DNA from: Candidatus Cloacimonadota bacterium
Lineage (GTDB): Bacteria > Cloacimonadota > Cloacimonadia > JGIOTU-2
Length of the DNA: 64,000 nt
Assembly (NCBI GenBank): GCA_049903315.1
Contig: JBNGBT010000002.1
Coordinates: forward strand, 256,001-320,000
Direction: 5' to 3'
Shown: positions 60,489-64,000 of the stretch, in pieces
Layout: the number at the start of each line of letters is the position of its first letter
Position numbering within the stretch: position 1 is the first letter of the stretch
Notes under the pieces: model-generated
Databases searched by the model: none
What the model saw: the letters and a program-made list of their open reading frames with translations, nothing else
Told to the model about the DNA's origin: nothing
Program-made: the position numbers and the translations under genes

Positions 60489-62129
60489 ATGTTAAAAGAA
60501 GAAAAACAAACGTATAACGATGTTTATAAAAAATGGAAGTGGAATGTACCGGAATATTATAATTTTGCTTTTGATGTCGTAGATAAATGGGCGGAAGCTG
60601 ATAAAACGAAATTGGCTCTCGTTTCAATTTTGAAGGACGGCGAATCAGCTCAATTCGATAGCTTTTATGAATTGATGGTGCAGTCAAATAAGGTAGCAAA
60701 TCTCCTGTTGGAACTTGGATTTAAGAAGGGAGATAAAGTTTTATTTATTTCTGATTCTGTACCTGAATGGTATTACTGCATGCTCGGTATGTTCAAACTT
60801 GGTATTGTCCCAATGCCCGGGACAGCTCTTCTTACCACAAAGGATATTGAATACAGATTGAATCGTTCTGAAGCGGTCGGTGTTATTACAAATTCTAATC
60901 ATACTGAATCAGTTGATGAAGCAGTAAAAAAATGCACTTTTGTAAAACATAAAATCCTTATGGATGGCTCTAAGCCAGGTTGGGTAGATCTCGTTGCAAA
61001 AATGAGAGAAATGCCAATCTCACTCGATAAAGATAAAATTATCAAAACAAAGAGTTCAGATCCATTGATGATTTATTTTACTTCAGGTACGACCGGGCAC
61101 CCCAAAATGGTCCTCCATTCACATGCATATCCTCTGGGACATGAAGTAACTGCTAGATTTTGCCAGGATTTAAAACCAACTGATTTACATTGGACTGTCT
61201 CTGATCCAGGTTGGGCTAAATGTGCATGGGGAAAATTCTTTGGCCAAATGATAGTTGGCGCTGCTATTATTCAGTGGGACAATCCTGGAAGATTTGACTC
61301 TGATGGACTGCTAGGTTTGATGGAAAGATACGGCGTGACAACTTTTTGTGCACCACCAACTGTTTATAGAATGCTGATACAGACCGATCTAAGTAAATTC
61401 AAATTAAAGCTTAGGCATTGCCTTGCAGCTGGAGAACCGTTGAATCCAGAAGTTATTAGAGTTTGGAAGGATAATTTTAAACTTGATATATATGACTTTT
61501 TCGGCCAAACTGAAACCGTTGCCCTTCTTTCAAACTTCACATTTCTCCCTTTGAAGTTTGGTTCGGTCGGCTTGCCTACTCCCGGTCATGATGTAAGAGT
61601 TATCAATGATGATCTACAGGAAAGCCCTCCAAATGAAGAAGGTCAAATTGCTTTGTATTTGGACAAGAACAAGCCCAAACCTCCAGGACTGATGAAAGAA
61701 TATTGGAAAGATCCTGATATCATGGCATCAGCGTTCCAGGGTGATTATTATCTTACTGGCGACAAAGCCTATCGTGACGAAGATGGATATTTTTGGTTTG
61801 TCGGCAGAGACGACGATGTAATTAAATCCTCCGGATATAGAATCGGTCCCTTTGAAGTTGAATCGGTTCTGATAGAACATCCAGCTGTTGCAGAATCAGC
61901 AGTAGTTGGTGTAGATGATCCGGATGGTATTCGTGGAATACTTGTTAAGGCATTTATCGTTCTTACTAAAGGATATAAACCATCTGATGAATTAACAAAG
62001 GAGATTCAGGATTTTGTCAAATCAAGGACTGCTCCATATAAATATCCTCGAATTATTGAATATAGTGATAGTTTGCCAAAGACAATTTCTGGAAAACTTC
62101 TGAGAAGAGAATTGAGGAAACAAGGTTAA
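60489..62129 (+). CDS. Short/medium-chain acyl-CoA synthetase (ACSM-like)
   Basis: YFTSGTTGHPKMVLH, DPGWAK, AGEPLNP, FGQTET, GRDDDVIKSSGYRIGP. Confidence 0.9.
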   Translation: MLKEEKQTYNDVYKKWKWNVPEYYNFAFDVVDKWAEADKTKLALVSILKDGESAQFDSFYELMVQSNKVANLLLELGFKKGDKVLFISDSVPEWYYCMLGMFKLGIVPMPGTALLTTKDIEYRLNRSEAVGVITNSNHTESVDEAVKKCTFVKHKILMDGSKPGWVDLVAKMREMPISLDKDKIIKTKSSDPLMIYFTSGTTGHPKMVLHSHAYPLGHEVTARFCQDLKPTDLHWTVSDPGWAKCAWGKFFGQMIVGAAIIQWDNPGRFDSDGLLGLMERYGVTTFCAPPTVYRMLIQTDLSKFKLKLRHCLAAGEPLNPEVIRVWKDNFKLDIYDFFGQTETVALLSNFTFLPLKFGSVGLPTPGHDVRVINDDLQESPPNEEGQIALYLDKNKPKPPGLMKEYWKDPDIMASAFQGDYYLTGDKAYRDEDGYFWFVGRDDDVIKSSGYRIGPFEVESVLIEHPAVAESAVVGVDDPDGIRGILVKAFIVLTKGYKPSDELTKEIQDFVKSRTAPYKYPRIIEYSDSLPKTISGKLLRRELRKQG

Positions 62130-62302
62130 GTATTTGTTAGCAAGAGCCGGATGCAATATTCTGTGTGATTATGGATGGAATCCTTAAGGATTCAATATGC
62201 CCTTCACATAATATTGAACATAAGGTAAGTAACTGATAAAACTCAAAAAATTATAATGTGTGATAATATTAACGAAAAAAATTTATATGCAAGGGAAGCG
62301 AT

Positions 62303-63946
62303 ATGAAAAAAATGCCACTTAACGAAACATTGGGGCATCTCATTGAACGGATTTCTAAGGAATTTCCAGATAATGAAGCCCTCGTTTATCCAGATCAAAA
62401 TATTCGACTTACTTATAAGCAATTCAATGATGAAGTCGATAGAATTGCTAAATCACTTTTGGCTTTGAAAATCACGAAAGGTGATCACGTGTCAATTTGG
62501 TCAACGAATATTCCCGAATGGCCCATTCTCATGTTCGCACTCGCTAAGATTGGAGCTGTTCTTGTTACTGTTAATACAAATTATAAATCACATGAACTTG
62601 AATATTTATTAAAACAATCAGATTCTAAAGCAATTTTTTTAATAGAGAAATTCAAAACTAGTGAATATTATAATTGGTTAAACAAGGTATTAGATGATGC
62701 AACATGGCTCGGTAAAGGAAAACTTGAATCAAGAAAAATTCCCATGCTTAAAAACGTTATTTTATTTGATGATATAGCGAGTGAGAATGCCTTGAGTTAT
62801 AAAGATTTCAGAGAAATGGGAAAAGACATTTCGGATGCTGAATTAGAAGAAATCAAAAAAACGCTTGATGAGGATGATGTTGTCAATATGCAATATACTT
62901 CCGGCACTACCGGATTCCCGAAGGGTGTGATGCTGACACATCATAATATCGCAAATAATGGTTATCTTATCGGCAAACAGATGAAACTCACTGAAAAAGA
63001 TCGTATGTGCATTCCTGTTCCTTTTTTCCATTGTTTCGGTTGCGTCCTGGGAATACTTGCAGCTGTGACGCATGGCACTACCATGCTGCCGCTCGTTACA
63101 TTTGATGCAGAAGAAGTTCTTAAACTTGTCAGTAATGAGAAATGTACTGTATTACACGGTGTGCCCACGATGTTCATTGCTGAACTTGGTGTCGAAGACA
63201 GGCATAAGTATGACACAACATCACTTCGTACCGGTATTATGGCCGGGTCACCATGTCCTGTCGAGGTTATGAACAAGGTTATTAACGAAATGCATTGCTC
63301 CCAGATTACTATTGCCTATGGTTTAACTGAGAATTCTCCCGTTATTACAATGACATCTGTTGATGATGATGTTGAACATCGCACAACAACTGTGGGAAGA
63401 GTGTTACCCCCAATGAAAATGAGAATAGTAAATCTGGAAACTGAATTGGATTGCAAGCCTGGTGAACAGGGTGAGGTCATCATGTCTGGCGAATGCGTGA
63501 TGACTGGTTATTATAAGATGGAAAAGGAGAATGAAGTAGCAATAAGAAACGGCTGGTTGCATTCAGGTGATCTTGGTGTTGTCGATGAAGATGGATATCT
63601 TAAAATAACAGGTCGTATCAAGGATATGATTATACGTGGCGGTGAGAATGTTTATCCTCGTGAGATCGAAGAATTTCTCTATACACATCCGAAAATCATC
63701 GATGTCCAGGTTATCGGAGTTCCTGATCAAAAATATGGAGAACAGGTTTTAGCAGCCATCAAGCTAAAAGATGGTGAAACCGCAACACCGGAAGAGATTA
63801 AAGATTTCTGCATGCAAAACATTGCACGTCATAAACAACCCTACTATGTTGTATTCGTGAATAACTATCCCATGACTGCATCAGGAAAAATCCAAAAATT
63901 CAAGCTTCGCGATGAAATGGTGAAACAACTAAATCTTGGAAATTAG
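62303..63946 (+). CDS. AMP-binding acyl-CoA synthetase (ACSF2/YngI-like)
   Basis: QYTSGTTGFPKGVML, PFFHCFG, YGLTE, GRIKDMIIRGGENVYPREIE. Confidence 0.9.
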   Translation: MKKMPLNETLGHLIERISKEFPDNEALVYPDQNIRLTYKQFNDEVDRIAKSLLALKITKGDHVSIWSTNIPEWPILMFALAKIGAVLVTVNTNYKSHELEYLLKQSDSKAIFLIEKFKTSEYYNWLNKVLDDATWLGKGKLESRKIPMLKNVILFDDIASENALSYKDFREMGKDISDAELEEIKKTLDEDDVVNMQYTSGTTGFPKGVMLTHHNIANNGYLIGKQMKLTEKDRMCIPVPFFHCFGCVLGILAAVTHGTTMLPLVTFDAEEVLKLVSNEKCTVLHGVPTMFIAELGVEDRHKYDTTSLRTGIMAGSPCPVEVMNKVINEMHCSQITIAYGLTENSPVITMTSVDDDVEHRTTTVGRVLPPMKMRIVNLETELDCKPGEQGEVIMSGECVMTGYYKMEKENEVAIRNGWLHSGDLGVVDEDGYLKITGRIKDMIIRGGENVYPREIEEFLYTHPKIIDVQVIGVPDQKYGEQVLAAIKLKDGETATPEEIKDFCMQNIARHKQPYYVVFVNNYPMTASGKIQKFKLRDEMVKQLNLGN

Positions 63947-64000
63947 AATTTCTTAATAAAATACATAATGACATTCATTTTCTTGACACGTTTATTTCTT

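Noticed and set aside
278..63276. Numerous 60-140 aa ORFs nested in or antisense to long genes
   Set aside because: Shadow frames of well-supported CDSs with no motifs or RBS support

Overview
A 64 kb, AT-rich bacterial chromosome segment read with the standard code. A Cloacimonadota/FCB-like origin is inferred from the gene content, not proven. From 0 to 14 kb are housekeeping genes (ABC exporter end, DUF885, typA, pgi, two flavoproteins, rlmN). From 14.5 to 22.5 kb are a secreted repeat protein and a cyclic-nucleotide signalling trio (GAF-HD-GYP, TPR-adenylate cyclase, REC-GGDEF). From 22.7 to 46.7 kb is a co-oriented block of large secreted proteins with T9SS-type-A-like/FlgD-Ig C-terminal domains: three gingipain-like C25, two M14 and a repeat protein, plus a lipoprotein, a GxxExxY gene and an aminotransferase. 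Then come a sigma54 two-component system, tRNA-Glu(CTC), a two-nuclease islet bracketed by three palindromic repeat units, ndk, a carbonic anhydrase and an acyl-CoA synthetase cluster. The top finding is that ORFs 51393-52406 and 52455-53399 form one frame broken only by a TGA in a C-V-G-[TGA] (CxxU) motif, followed by a SECIS-like hairpin. This is a candidate 668-aa secreted selenoprotein with a sorting CTD. The second theme is several REP/MITE-like repeat families, two of which bracket small PD-(D/E)XK-type nuclease genes instead of a RAYT transposase.
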